Positions 10,691-25,459 of a stretch of 64,000 nucleotides of DNA are shown piece after piece. The notes below the pieces were generated by a model. The model did no database searches. It saw only the letters and a list, made by a program, of their open reading frames with translations, and was not told where the DNA came from. The number at the start of each line of letters is the position of its first letter. Position 1 is the stretch's first letter. The position numbers and the translations under genes are program-made. Source of the stretch: Octopus bimaculoides. Taxonomy: Eukaryota. The DNA lies in the NCBI RefSeq assembly GCF_001194135.2, contig NC_068989.1, forward strand, positions 76,779,234 through 76,843,233, written 5' to 3'.

Positions 10691-12604
10691 ATGCATACAT
10701 GGTGATTTTCATACATTTCCCTGCCTGTTACAGATTCGATATTTTATCTGCTATTGACCCTGAAATTGTTAATAGCATTGTAAATTTTACGTATTTAGAA
10801 ACAAATACAGTACAAACTTTTGTTCAGCATTAGAGCAACAGCTCTACCAAAAATGTATTCGCGTCACAAATGAATTTTCAGCACGACACTTCTTGAACAC
10901 ACTGTCGAGCACAATACAAAGCAATGCTCTAAGCGGAAGCTGGAACTCTGTGCATACTGTCACATTCCATCGAGAACAAATCTCTCTTATCAATAAGTGA
11001 TGCTTCCTTAGAGAATGCAGACGGGATACTTTTTATGCTAGTCACCATACAGAACTGCAACAATCTGCAGTGTTTCTGGTTTACGCTTACCTATGTCGTG
11101 GACATCTTGCTGTTTATCAGACTGTAGATAGTTTTTCACGTCGTAGTAATCTGTCATCGACAACTTCCACTCAGTGCGAGACTTTCTACATATTTAAGGA
11201 ACATAGCTCTTTTCTTCTCAGTTTCAAAACGATGAGACGATCGAAGATATTAGCCAATGTACATAATATCGACTGCATTGCACCCAGATATGAAGCATTA
11301 GACAAATACGTGAATTGGATTTCCGCAGTCTATCATAGTTCAATCATTTGGCTAAACAAAGACTGATCAACATATATACATAGAGAAGAAAAATAGTGAA
11401 TCTATTTATGAATATCGCTAGCGCCGATAACGGAAAACACCGCAAGGGAAAGTTGTGTCTGGTAAATTTATATATCGATATATATATATNNNNNNNNNNN
11501 NNNNNNNNNNNNNNNNNNNNNNNNNNNNNNNNNNNNNNNNNNNNNNNNNNNNNNNNNNNNNNNNNNNNNNNNNNNNNNNNNNNNNNNNNNNNNNNNNNNN
11601 NNNNNNNNNNNNNNNNNNNNNNNNNNNNNNNNNNNNNNNNNNNNNNNNNNNNNNNNNNNNNNNNNNNNNNNNNNNNNNNNNNNNNNNNNNNNNNNNNNNN
11701 NNNNNNNNNNNNNNNNNNNNNNNNNNNNNNNNNNNNNNNNNNNNNNNNNNNNNNNNNNNNNNNNNNNNNNNNNNNNNNNNNNNNNNNNNNNNNNNNNNNN
11801 NNNNNNNNNNNNNNNNNNNNNNNNNNNNNNNNNNNNNNNNNNNNNNNNNNNNNNNNNNNNNNNNNNNNNNNNNNNNNNNNNNNNNNNNNNNNNNNNNNNN
11901 NNNNNNNNNNNNNNNNNNNNNNNNNNNNNNNNNNNNNNNNNNNNNNNNNNNNNNNNNNNNNNNNNNNNNNNNNNNNNNNNNNNNNNNNNNNNNNNNNNNN
12001 NNNNNNNNNNNNNNNNNNNNNNNNNNNNNNNNNNNNNNNNNNNNNNNNNNNNNNNNNNNNNNNNNNNNNNNNNNNNNNNNNNNNNNNNNNNNNNNNNNNN
12101 NNNNNNNNNNNNNNNNNNNNNNNNNNNNNNNNNNNNNNNNNNNNNNNNNNNNNNNNNNNNNNNNNNNNNNNNNNNNNNNNNNNNNNNNNNNNNNNNNNNN
12201 NNNNNNNNNNNNNNNNNNNNNNNNNNNNNNNNNNATATATATATATATATATATATATATACACTCACCTGTATACTCGCACATACATATATGGTTAGAC
12301 ATAATTTATCATAACACATGTAAATATTTACATGTATATTTATGTCCCATCTCACTCCAACATTTTCAAATCTGTTAATGACCATCAGCATTTACATCTT
12401 TGAAACATAAATATTTAATTTTTATCGGTAACAAATAGAATGATTCAAAATGTCTAGCTAAAGCTAATAAAATTTACACCATATTCAATGCTTTTCCACG
12501 TGTGTGTGGATGTGTATATATGTAGATATAAATGCATGAGAGTGCTAGTTTGATCGCGTATCCACATATATGTATTTACACGGTTCTGTGTTAATGCTAC
12601 GCAC

Positions 12605-12690
12605 GTGAACTCGACAGAATACAGCATAACTCGTCTTAGTCAAGAAGTAAATGTTGATCAAGACGAGATACTGTATTTGTTGAGTTGTAC
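12605..12690. other. Imperfect 86-nt hairpin (about 35-bp stem, 10-nt loop)
   Basis: AACTCGACAGAATACAGCATAACTCGTCTTAGTCAA pairs with TTGATCAAGACGAGATACTGTATTTGTTGAGTT. Confidence 0.7.
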
Positions 12691-13132
12691 TTGACTGTTT
12701 TCAAATTATTATTAACGATTGTAAATAACACATGGCTAGAACCAAATTCCCAACGTGAATGTATAATTATGAGACTCAGTATGTGATATAAGCTATTGAA
12801 AAGTAGATACGTGTTCCATGCTATCACTCGTGCAGGCAATCCAAAAGAATAAGTAAACAGATGACCGTCGTGGACGTCGGTAACGTGGTATTGAAAAACA
12901 AAAATTATCCACGAAGGGAAAATATACAGAAATCATCGGTTTCATATTAAATATGTTAAAAATATTCAGTCGAATGTGAAATCTCTAAAATTTCCAACAT
13001 GGAATTGAATATCTGGCTCTAAATTATATGTGGTTATAAAATGCATATAAAGTCTATGGCCACTGAATATATAGCAGTCACAAATATGGCATTAGATACA
13101 CGAACCACCGTGACTGAAAAATAGAGCGATAT

Positions 13133-13285
13133 GAGGGGAGTTATTTCAATCAGGATCTATACTGTAAATCATGCAGGGGTTGTTGTATCAATCGGGCTCT
13201 GTAGTGTATATCATGGAAGGGGTGTTGTATTAATCGGGCTCTGTAGGATATATCAATCGGGATCTATAGTGTATATCATGCAAGA
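13133..13285. repeat. Diverged minisatellite, unit about 42-43 bp, about 3.5 copies
   Basis: Recurring GGGGTTGTTGTATCAATCGGGCTCTGTAGTGTATATCATG variants. Confidence 0.75.
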
Positions 13286-13415
13286 GAAAACTCTTTCAAC
13301 GCACAGAAAAAAAAATTCTGGGGTTATAATCTGTGGTTTTACCTACCATTCACATAAACTTAACAGTGTTATGTAAATATATGTATGCATATATAGTTTA
13401 TATACATATATATAG

Positions 13416-13455
<40 letters not shown>

Positions 13456-15674
13456 CTATATACATACATACTCATATATGCATAGATATATATGTATAAT
13501 CATATACATATATGTATATAAACATACACGTGTATGTGTTATGAGATGGTGTTTGTGTGCTTACTGCGAAGGTGTTGGTGTAATTCAATATCATATAAGT
13601 AAATAATAGAATTGATGTATATCGATTGTGTAAAATATTGATGGTAGAATTACTTATTTCGACAAATACTCAGACAATATCTGGAAGTTTTTTCTTGAAT
13701 GTGGTTGCATATAATTCGTTTATCTGAAAAATATATATATATATATATATTCATTCAACACATACATCACTATTGTACATAGGCTGCAGCTAGGTGCCGG
13801 CTAATATTGATAAATACGACTGCTTATATTATCTGCATTTGAATTACTCACATTTTTATCGTATCTACCTACAATAGATGCACTCTGGTTTCGGAGCGTT
13901 CGATGCAAAGCAATAATAACAAAACTAATTTTATGTCAACTCTATATCTTGACCTGACTGAGATGCATTTTTTTTTTTGTAAGTGTTCGATATTGTATCT
14001 GTTGTTATTTTACTATCTATTCTGTCTATATATAATTGATGAAGCAACTGAAAGTAAATCAGACTTGCCAATATTGTACTTAACAGCCACCTGAGTAATA
14101 GCTTTTTGCAAAATTAGACATAGTATTATTATCTATATTTGAGCTTGTATTAACTGTGTCTAGACAACATACATTGATTCGTTTTAGGTGGTATCTATTA
14201 ACTGCATCTTCAATATGCACTCGATCGCTGGCAAAGGTTAGGAAATGGCAAAGTTATCAAAAGTAAGTTGGATGAAAAATGGCTTGATATACAAATGAGT
14301 AATTAAGTTAATCGATTCAAATACCACTTGTGAATAATCTTTACTAGGCTGAAGCTCAAAGCTCCATTTGTATTCAATTAGATGTTTGAATTCAAATAAA
14401 TATACTTATCATAAGAATAACTACCAACTCACATTCAGATTCCTACGCACCGTTCCTGTACACACTTTAGATATACATAAATGGTTTACACAAATACGCT
14501 TATAAATGTGCGACTCCGGACTTACGCCCACCTCCACTAACACACACACATATATATATATATGTATATGTGTGTGTGTGTATTTGTATATATGCATATA
14601 TATCGCTCTTTCGTAATTCAAAATAAATTCATATACATATATTTATATATGTGTGTATGTGTGTGTATGTGTATATATATATATATTCATTTATAGACAT
14701 TTGCATATATATTTATGTAAATATGCATATACTTATATACGTATATACATATACACAGATACACATATACATAATAATATTTACATATATGTGGGGAGAT
14801 ATAGGTGTTGTATCATTTTATTTCAATGAGATTATATTCTCTTTGCATTTACTCAATAGAATATAATCTTTTCCTAATACTTTAATGCACCTTTACATGT
14901 ATTTCGAAGGTTTCAGCAATTTTCATTTCACATATTTTGGCACACAACATTCCAGTTATGAATCTCATATGTGTTTTGTCATAATTATTGCAAAAACTTT
15001 CAAAATTCCCTGATCCTGTTGATAGCTGGCAGTAACTTCGTTATTAGCGACAGATGCTGTATTAGTTAAAAATAGCATTCTACGTATCCCACCTAACGTG
15101 GAAACAATCTAAGAGTACCACTACACATTTCGCTGCACTGCTCAGAAATGGAGCGAGCTATCATTTCCACCATCGCTGTTGAACGTTTTTCTTCTGCGAC
15201 TGATATATCTTCTGTGCATTTTAGCACTAAAAGTCCATACTGGATGCTTTCTCAAGACGAATTCCGCAATGTTGCTTGTTTCTTAAAGAATATCAACGTT
15301 AAACACACTATATACAACGTTATACACACAAACAAAGACGCAGGCGCAGACACCTATATGTGTATATAAATTTCACATATACCACTACTATCTTGCATAT
15401 ACATCAAATATGCATTATCCCCTTACATTAATTTATGTTTTTCCTTACGCGCCTATTTTAATATCAATATAGAAGGCAAAGCTTAGATAATTTATAATAT
15501 GACTTTTGAAACACAGTTTATGTGAAGTGTCACTCGTCATAATTAACTTTATGCTGCTGAAAATTTTGAAATGTTCATGAAACATCATGATGCCTTTTTC
15601 CCACTACTTTCATATGTGAAGCATTGTGATAATAGTGAATCAACATAAATGTGTATCTATGTTTTGCAGGTACA

Positions 15675-15852
15675 TAAGAGGGGTGTTGAAAAGGCACCGG
15701 CTTTAAGGGTATCACCGAAGGCCTGGCTGGAGCCTCAAATTTCCGAATTGTTTTACAGGGCTTAGAAAAACTGAAGGACCGCTGAAATATGTAACTGAAC
15801 TTCTTGTATTTTCTGTTACCTAAAGCCAAGAAATTTTTAGCTCCCGCTCTTA
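15675..15852. mobile_element. Mariner-type MITE
   Basis: Imperfect TIRs TAAGAGGGGTGTTGAAAAGGCACCGGCTTTA and reverse complement TAAGAGCGGGAGCTAAAAATTTCTTGGCTTTA, with TA termini. Confidence 0.6.
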
Positions 15853-15974
15853 TGTCTCTGTGTATATGTACCTACGNNNNNNNNNNNNNNNNNNNNNNNN
15901 NNNNNNNNNNNNNNNNNNCCCCCGCCACAATATGCTTAAGCCTACTAGGCTGCGATTTGGCATAATCATTGGAG

Positions 15975-16125
15975 CGTCGGACGAAATTTTTAGCAGCATT
16001 TCTCCTGGTTCTTTGCGTTCTGAATTCAAATTATGCCATGGTCGAATTCGCCTTCCATTATTTCGTGAACGATAGAATAGATTACCACTGGAGCAATGGA
16101 GCTAATGTAATAGTAGCGTCTTCAA
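15975..16125 (+). mobile_element. Degenerate copy of the 4355-type SINE
   Basis: CGTCGGACGAAATTTTTAGCAGCATTTC...GTTCTGAATTCAAATT...GGTCGAATTCGCCTTCCAT...GATAGAATAGATTACC is colinear with 4380-4520. Confidence 0.55.
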
Positions 16126-19100
16126 CAGCTTTTGTCAAAGCTGTAAACATCAGGACAAGCCTGATGATAAACTATGTACAGAAATAAAAGATCTCATTGA
16201 AAACAGATAATTATAAATGGTTAGTACTGTCAAGATGCGTGGGAGGAGAATAAAGTATAGCGTCTAGACCACTCGCGTAGCTTTAACGGAAGATAACAAT
16301 AATTGAAAAGAAGTTTTCTTGATGCTTTGAACATAGAAAAAAAGCTATATTGAGTGTTGTGTATACTATGGGCTTTTATTCTCCTGTGCACAACGCCCTT
16401 CCACGGATTCAATTTAGTGTTGTTAAATTTTCTTAACTACATTGCTTCACTATCGATATATATTTCAATAGAAATACAATTTTCTTCTTCTGAAATACAT
16501 GAACGACAACTGAAGTTACTAAGTATTCACCCATATATATTTTTGCTTCCTCAAAGTTGTATTAAGCAGTCATTTAAGTGATTGTATGAAAATGGTTTCT
16601 CCGTTTTGTATGTAGTATGATAGTTCGTTTTGTTATGTTCAAGTCGAAAAAGAGAATAAGAACGCCAAGCCTATGATTCACATTTATAATTGCAAAAATT
16701 CAGAATATTTCACTAAGTTAATTATTTCGCTTCCGATACGTACGTAATTAGGGACCGATTTGATTTCTTAAACACTTTAAGGTGGTGATCCAACCTGTCT
16801 GCACATTCAGCGCGCAATCACACATACACCACCGCATAGATACTCACACACACGCACACACACACACACACACACACGCACACACACACACACATACANN
16901 NNNNNNNNNNNNNNNNNNNNNNNNNNNNNNNNNNNNNNNNNNNNNNNNNNNNNNNNNNNNNNNNNNNNNNNNNNNNNNNNNNNNNNNNNNNNNNNNNNNN
17001 NNNNNNNNNNNNNNNNNNNNNNNNNNNNNNNNNNNNNNNNNNNNNNNNNNNNNNNNNNNNNNNNNNNNNNNNNNNNNNNNNNNNNNNNNNNNNNNNNNNN
17101 NNNNNNNNNNNNNNNNNNNNNNNNNNNNNNNNNNNNNNNNNNNNNNNNNNNNNNNNNNNNNNNNNNNNNNNNNNNNNNNNNNNNNNNNNNNNNNNNNNNN
17201 NNNNNNNNNNNNNNNNNNNNNNNNNNNNNNNNNNNNNNNNNNNNNNNNNNNNNNNNNNNNNNNNNNNNNNNNNNNNNNNNNNNNNNNNNNNNNNNNNNNN
17301 NNNNNNNNNNNNNNNNNNNNNNNNNNNNNNNNNNNNNNNNNNNNNNNNNNNNNNNNNNNNNNNNNNNNNNNNNNNNNNNNNNNNNNNNNNNNNNNNNNNN
17401 NNNNNNNNNNNNNNNNNNNNNNNNNNNNNNNNNNNNNNNNNNNNNNNNNNNNNNNNNNNNNNNNNNNNNNNNNNNNNNNNNNNNNNNNNNNNNNNNNNNN
17501 NNNNNNNNNNNNNNNNNNNNNNNNNNNNNNNNNNNNNNNNNNNNNNNNNNNNNNNNNNNNNNNNNNNNNNNNNNNNNNNNNNNNNNNNNNNNNNNNNNNN
17601 NNNNNNNNNNNNNNNNNNNNNNNNNNNNNNNNNNNNNNNNNNNNNNNNNNNNNNNNNNNNNNNNNNNNNNNNNNNNNNNNNNNNNNNNNNNNNNNNNNNN
17701 NNNNNNNNNNNNNNNNNNNNNNNNNNNNATATATATATATATATGTATATATATACACTCATACATACTTGCATACATACATATACATATAAAATTCAAA
17801 TAATAAAATAAAGAAATATCATAACATAACTTTAAATATGGTCTGACATTGTGTTAAGATATTTTTTTCTTTTCGGAATATATTATATTTTTCGCTAAAT
17901 CTACGCAATGGTTTTACCGTTGTGAAACCAAGATTTTCTACGCCTGAAGAATTTCGGTATTAGACTGGAATCCAACATTGTTGATAGCCCAGAACTCGGG
18001 TTCAGTCCTTCATTGGAATTTCCCAACCTTTATACCGTATGCATACATACATACATATATATATATATATTCATATGTATACACTAGTAATAAAATTCAT
18101 TTCTAACATGCTTCATTAATTTCGTTATATCTTTCAACAATACCACTATGTGATCCGTCAATCTGTAGGAAATTATAGCTACATGTTCCACAAACTACCA
18201 CCCTTCGCCGTCTGAAAATACAAGGAAGATACATTAAAGCTACCAAGAGTAAACTATCGTCAAAGGTAGAAAGTATTTTATCACATATCTGCTTGTTTAC
18301 GGTAGAAAATGGTCTTAAGTATAACAGCAAAAGTAACAACAACAGCACAAATCCTCACAAACTAAATATGAATGTAAGAAAAGGTAACAGTTAAAATGAT
18401 AAACTTGGTTAAAATGTATACCATTTTAATTTGTCCGATCAGAGATGATCTGTTGCAAAAAATAAAACAAGAAGCAAAAAACATGGACAGGAGCTTCAGT
18501 TGAAACAATACTACTATTTTACAATTACACGTATATAATTGAGTAGAAGTGACTATATGCTTTGAGTAGAAGTGACTATACACGTTGTAGTAAGTTTGGT
18601 CCTGTTGCGTGTCATCTGAAGCAGGTGACTTTTAAAACAACATCCTTTGATCAAATAGATTTAAGAATGAGAGAATCTACGATATTTACGACACTTTATT
18701 TCCTATTTTACGTAATGGAACTAAATTTAATATGGGCTCGGTAAGATTTGAGCCTTTAAAGATTACACTAAATATTATAAGGAATTTAGTCCAGTACTGT
18801 TTTCTACTAACTATGTTCGTGTTTGTGAGTATTAATTGTACAACAAATAGGTTAACAAGACGAAGATAATCATTAACATGGATAAAACTAATAAATTAAA
18901 TATAAGACGTCTTCAAAAATAAATGGAATCTTGTCATGATCATAAATTTTAAAAATTATTCTCATACCGTCAGCACATTTATACGGAGCGCAGTTTTCCG
19001 TGTCAGAATATCAATAAAACACAAGAATGATTGGATATTGTTAATTTGACTGTTCTTGTCGACAAAACTCTAAATGAAAATGTTCGAACTACAATTTTTA

Positions 19101-19659
19101 AGCTACTGTTTGGCTTTATCCGACGGGCACAAAAAGATAATTGTATATTAAATCATACACCAATAGATACCGGAAAAAAATCCAATGAAATATAATTCGA
19201 TAATATTTATTGATGTTGTAAGCCTAATGGCATTCGTGTACGTGATCTTTAATAAAAAAAAATGTGTTAGATTTAATAAAGAGAATCATTTGTGAATATT
19301 TTATTCCGAACGTTTTACCTTAGTAACGAAAGATTCATGATATTTACCTTTCAGTGGTAAATGTCATCAAAGAGCAGACAGGTTATTGACGAATAAAATC
19401 TCCCTCAGTTTTAATTTATTGACACTCTGGTGAAAGGAAAATGTGGCATAAAATCTTACGTTATCACAGACATGAACCTGACGTCTGGTGACAGGAAGAA
19501 ATCAATATTCAAATTTCTCTCGGATGTTCACCTCTTTAGGAGAACAACAACAATATAATGAAAACAAATCACCGTATTAAACGTATGCAAACGAGAAAGT
19601 TTTCTTAGTATAAACATCGTTAGCCATTGATATGATACAAAAAAGCAATAAAGATCGAC

Positions 19660-19660
19660 G

Positions 19661-19728
<68 letters not shown>
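19660..19728. repeat. (TCTA)n microsatellite
   Basis: Direct inspection. Confidence 0.95.
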
Positions 19729-19729
<1 letters not shown>

Positions 19730-19753
19730 ATTCTGTGTGTGCGTGTGTGTGAA

Positions 19754-20040
19754 GAAGCGTGGCTTAGTGGTTGGCACTTTTCAGTCAGGATCGCTAGATC
19801 GTGAATTCGATTCACGGATATGGTGTTGGTTTGTGTTCTTCAGCAAAACAGTCTTCACTTTACATTGCTCCAGCCACGTCAGGTGTAAATGGGCAACCTT
19901 GCGAAGGAATGGCCTTCCGATCGGGAGGAATGTCAGAATGCTCACCAGGTGAATGGGATGACGTCATTCGAAAACGAACGCAATGTTTAGCGCACTGTAA
20001 CCTGCGATGCATAACATCCGATAGAGTGATCGATACCGTG
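19754..20040 (+). mobile_element. tRNA-derived SINE (separate family, CACGTTGCTCCAG-type central domain)
   Basis: A box TGGCTTAGTGG at 19760-19770, B-box-like GAATTCGATTC at 19803-19813, central TTTACATTGCTCCAGCC. Homologous to 45548-45775. Confidence 0.7.
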
Positions 20041-20074
20041 GTACATATATATATATATATATAAGGGTCAGATA

Positions 20075-20320
20075 CTCTTTACTGGTCTTGTGCTTCGATC
20101 ACTGTAGGACAGATAACCTACCATCGTGATGGAAAGGACATCACAAGGAGGAAGAAGGCCGAGATGAAGACTAAAGAAGACGTGGTACAGTACGATACAG
20201 GGTGAGATGATAGCGATTGGAGTCGGCCCGAGCGGAACAAAGAGGAAAGCAAGCAATCGGGATGATTGAAGAAGGCTTGTTGCCCGTTGTGCAGACTGCA
20301 CCAGGGTTTATAAAATTTAA
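20075..20320 (+). pseudogene. RTE-clade LINE C-terminal remnant
   Basis: Single-frame translation QILFTGLVLRSL*DR*PTIVMERTSQGGRRPR*RLKKTWYSTIQGEM...ASNRDD*RRLVARC resembles the RTE tail RLRFAGHVLR...GxRPRGRPKKTW...AxDRxxWRxLV. Confidence 0.7.
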
Positions 20321-22291
20321 GAACTAAGTGCTAATTAAATTTAAAAATTAAAACAAAAAGATGGAGGTATGGCAACTGTTTTAGTATCGTACCTGTAAAA
20401 TTTCAAACCTGACCTTAACTCTAAAATTCTACCTTCTCCCAGCAGACATCTTTAAGCTGCAGTTAAAAAAAAGCAAAACAAACAAAAGAATAAATAAACA
20501 GATACACACATACGTCAACAAGCACTGTAGAATCACAAACAATGCAACAGTATCCTAAACTCTTAAATTGAAAAATAATATACATTCAACTACCGTCAAT
20601 AATCTAATAAACGAAGAGTTGAAATTAAGTTTATTATAAATAAATCAATATTTTTCAAAATACAATAGCTAATGTCTTTAAAGAAAACGAACATGATTAA
20701 AAATAAACATAGCGAAATATTGGTGTGCTTCTTCGTCAAATACTCACAAATATACATATAGGTGTATGCGAAGAAATAAATAATCAATAATTAAAATAAT
20801 ATAAATAATACAAATAATACTGAATATAACTACTTATTGTAAATTAACACACACACACAAATAGACATTCTTATGCTTATACATAGATGCATAAATGCAT
20901 CTATCTGTATATTTACATATATGTTCGAGAATAAATACATATATGTATATGTATTTAAACATGCATACATACACATACATATACAGATATATGGAAGCCT
21001 ATAGAAAATGTACTGAATACATAACATAAATTTAATGATAATAGTAGCTATACCTAATGTATCATACTTTTGTATAACATGTTTCACCTTACCGCTTCTG
21101 AAATCTGGATTGTAATTACGGAGAATATTGAGTACATGTATTTCTGATATAAAATTTGACATTTTTAAATATGTTGGTTTTTAAAGCTTATAGTCATAAA
21201 AGTAGATGTTCAATTTAATGCAATATAAATGTACAGGGGATGTGTGCCACGCAAAAGAAAATGGTAGACGAGAAAGGAATAACAGAGAAAGATTAAAACG
21301 GAAAGAACAAAATATAGATAGAAAACAACGGAAAGGAAAATAGAAGAGCAGAGCAATAAAAGTATGAGAATATATAGTATTATATGGATTGTACTGAAGT
21401 GTTATTAATGGTTTAAAACGTTGACTGTCTTTAAAACGCAATACTTTAATTGGAAAAAGTGAATACATATAAAGAGGTTCACCAACATAGGCTGAGTATC
21501 TGATAGTATGGGAACAATTAGAGAAGTAGAAGATAGAAAGCGAGAAACAAGCAGTCAAAATACGATAAAAGCAATAATTAGTCAGTAATTGCTCGGGCGT
21601 GTACCCAACTCCTACACGTATAAATATTGAAGGTTCTTGGAAGGAGTGATTCGAAACCAAATTTCCACTCTCCGCTGCTTACCAAGTGCGGTTAGACACG
21701 GGGTAGCATATCTCTGGATATGTTAGTGTGCAGAATTCAAGCTATTTGATAGTAATAACCACAAAAAACGTAATTGTTGTTCTACTCTTCATAAAACATA
21801 TACTATTTCAGTAAACCAATTCTCATTGTTACGCAAGGCAATAGAAAATATTTCTCAATACAACTGAACATCTTCCTCGGAATTGTTAACGAAAAATACA
21901 AAGCTGAATAGTATTTTTACCTTGATATATTGTACTTAGGTAAATTACGTTCAAGACAATATTATAAGTTTGACAGAATACAAATCAACAGAGTGCGAAG
22001 GTTTACGATGTCATCTCAACATCAGGTCTAATTCTGTTCTGTCCTGTCTGTTTGTTTTCAGACTATTAACTAATTGCTTAAAATAGTTCTTAACTCGTTA
22101 ATAAATTGACAAATAAGAAATTACGAATAAAAATGTAGCCAGTGCGTGTGTTTATTATTGGCATAGTGACTCTTCCAAAATTCAACAAAATATGTTTCAA
22201 CACACGTGTTAACATCACGAACCATGCAAACCAATTACTAAACTTATATATGTACATACATATATACATATTCATAGATACATACATACGT

Positions 22292-22362
<71 letters not shown>

Positions 22363-22802
22363 NNNNNNNNNNNNNNNNNNNNNNNNNNNNNNNNNNNNNN
22401 NNNNNNNNNNNNNNNNNNNNNNNNNNNNNNNNNNNNNNNNNNNNNNNNNNNNNNNNNNNNNNNNNNNNNNNNNNNNNNNNNNNNNNNNNNNNNNNNNNNN
22501 NNNNNNNNNNNNNNNNNNNNNNNNNNNNNNNNNNNNNNNNNNNNNNNNNNNNNNNNNNNNNNNNNNNNNNNNNNNNNNNNNNNNNNNNNNNNNNNNNNNN
22601 NNNNNNNNNNNNNNNNNNNNNNNNNNNNNNNNNNNNNNNNNNNNNNNNNNNNNNNNNNNNNNNNNNNNNNNNNNNNNNNNNNNNNNNNNNNNNNNNNNNN
22701 NNNNAACATCCACCCTTAGGGGGTCAGCCACATTTAAATGGCAAATATACTTCACTTTATCGTGCAGTTACTGTTAATACCTCGTTCAGAGATTTAACAT
22801 TG

Positions 22803-22844
<42 letters not shown>

Positions 22845-24437
22845 TATATATATGTATGTACACAAATCTATCAATATATGTGTGTTTGGACGGTTAGATA
22901 TGCATGCAGATAGAGACCTAGATCGATAGTGTATTGTTATATTCCAATGTGTATGGACATATGATCTTGGTACTGAGCAGGGTTATGGCTATGTTCTGAA
23001 GTACATTCAGATTATTATCAAACATTAATAAACAAGACGCTTGTAAAAGCACGCAAACAGATATACTTTTTCTGTAAATGAAACAATAAAGATTACTTAA
23101 AACAGTCAAGATCCAAGATCGTTGTTGTAACTAAACTGTTGCCTTAAATATTTGCTTTATAAATATGCATTTAATGATTTGTATATATTATAAAGGAAGT
23201 AAGTATAACTACAGACCTGTTTAATAACGCCGCAAAGTACGTGGGGGGAAAAAAGAATACGTAACGCGACATTTAAATAAAAATGTCTCGTTAAGCCTGA
23301 TATAAAGCAATTCTGAATAGTTTCAAAGAAAAGAAATACATCATATTGTAAACATAAGCACAATCGATTTATTAATATACCATCTCACCATTATACAACT
23401 GAAAAGTATACATAACTTTGAACAGCAATATTCGCTCTTTATGTTACTTTTCTTAATGGCATAAAATATGTAATGGAATATATCTTCTATTAAGCCTTTA
23501 ATGTGTCTCTACGTAACATTTATAAATTTCATAAACTCATTAAATAGCTTCTATAGTCAATCAGAAGTGTGAGCATTTCATTGCGACAGAGCTCTTAAAT
23601 TCTCTATACATGTATTGCTGCGGATTTATAAAGAAAGAAATAGAACATTGTGATATACAATATGTTTTTTAACGCTTTCATTGCAAGGCATGGGAATTGT
23701 TATATTCGACTGAAGTTTACTCTTAGCTTGCAGAAATATTCTTTCCGTCATAAAGTTTTAATTAAATATTGTATTCTCAATGCTCATGTATAATTTCAGA
23801 CTTCACCTACGTAGAAATAATATGTAGAAACAACTATGTACCTTCAGTGTCTAAGGCTTATACAAAACTATTCCTCTTTTTTTTTATTTAGAGAAATCCA
23901 TAAGCGATTATAGCTATTGGTAGTCACACTTAGTGTACCGGAAGTATATAGAAATATCCAGTGAATATCTGGAGTATAGAACTCTCATAAAATGACTGAG
24001 GGCGTTGCTATTTTTCATTAGATGAAATGATTCTGTTATGAAATGACATATAATTGTATATTCCCTACATTTAACTACAAAATGCCTTAAAAGTACACGC
24101 AGCCGAATCAACATAACTGGACGATGATATTTTGTACGATAATATGTTTTGTACATTACCAGACATTATGTATTGGATGATAATATTTTGCTAGGTCAAT
24201 GTACAAATGATCTGAAAGATTATAAGATTGGATGTGCGTTAGGAAGTTAGTTTCCTAACTATTATGTTGTGATTTGGATCCACTGTTAGCGTCTTCTACA
24301 ACTCGTTTCTTCAATTTATTCTGTTTGGCCATCAGATTATAATTTCAACTCTGTAAGCGGAAACGTTTTGCATGCCCATCTGTCTATGTACGTATGTATA
24401 TATGTATGTATGCGTAAGTGCAGCTGTCTATCAGTCA

Positions 24438-24503
<66 letters not shown>

Positions 24504-25277
24504 NNNNNNNNNNNNNNNNNNNNNNNNNNNATATATATCTCAATAATAATGATAGTTTCTTATTAGGAACAATAGTGTTAATAGGACTGCAAAAGAAGTG
24601 TTGAAATAAATGAGACGACTATAACAAACTTTGGTTTTGTTCTACAACCAAAGTTTGTTATACTCATCTCATTTATGGTCATCCAACTAATATATCACAT
24701 CTCGAACATTGAATCACAAATAAAGAAACATAATGCTTTTTATAGAATACGGATGCACAAAATCACAGCAGATGAAACAATACTTCATTTAGACAGGCAT
24801 ATATATATAAATGTATACCTGAATATAGAAATATATATATATGTGCGTGCGACTATTTTCCAACATATAGGTAAATCCCTAGAGAAACAATACAGCATAT
24901 TTTAATGTATTCGAATGTGAATCGTGGTAAGCGTTTTCTTATTTAAATGCAGAAATGAGAGACAAATCGCTATAGTGACGTAACTTTGTTTAATTTGGAA
25001 ATTCGGTGAAAAGCGATCCATAAAATGAATTTTAGACTGTATCAAATAAATTAAAACCATTGAACACGGTGCTACAGCATAACGGTCGCTCCATAACGAA
25101 AAACTGCCGAAAATCCATTCAGAAGAGAGTTGAACCCAAAACGTAAATAGCGTATCGATCACGGAGTTGGAGAAGAGATACAGTTCTATACTTAAGAGAT
25201 GAGGAATTATGTACACTATTTACATTATTTACATTATTCCCAATTGATGAATACTTGTCTTCATCTTGTTTGTTGTT

Positions 25278-25323
25278 AACACAACGTTTCGGCTGATATA
25301 CCCTCCAGCCTTCTTCAGGTGTA
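25278..25323 (-). ncRNA. Intact minimal type I hammerhead ribozyme motif
   Basis: UACAC-CUGAAGA-A-GGCUG-gaggguauau-CAGCC-GAAA-CG-UU-GUGUU: 4-bp stem I, 5-bp stem II, palindromic ACGU stem III, predicted cleavage after GUU. Confidence 0.7.
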
Positions 25324-25413
25324 TTGGGGAAATTTCGAACCTGGGTTCTCATTGCTAATGTATTTTTCGAAAAATAACTTAGGAATGTGAACCCAGGTTC
25401 GAACTTTCCCCAA

Positions 25414-25459
25414 TACACCTGATGAAGGCTGGAGGGTATATCAACCGGAACGTTGTGTT
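25414..25459 (+). ncRNA. Mutated minimal hammerhead motif
   Basis: UACAC-CUGAUGA-A-GGCUG-gaggguauau-CAACC-GGAA-CG-UU-GUGUU. GAAA has become GGAA, so it is probably inactive. Confidence 0.45.

Noticed and set aside
11344-12391. Long 200-340 aa ORFs here and at 16782-17799, 22090-22777, 29124-30191, 32714-33641, 39329-40351 and 42348-42910
   Set aside because: They are open only because they run through N gaps and (TA)n/(CA)n tracts.
15969-16187. 72-aa ORF with a signal-peptide-like start (MERRTKFLAAFLLVLCVL)
   Set aside because: It starts at TTG, and the sequence is a degenerate copy of the 4355-type SINE.
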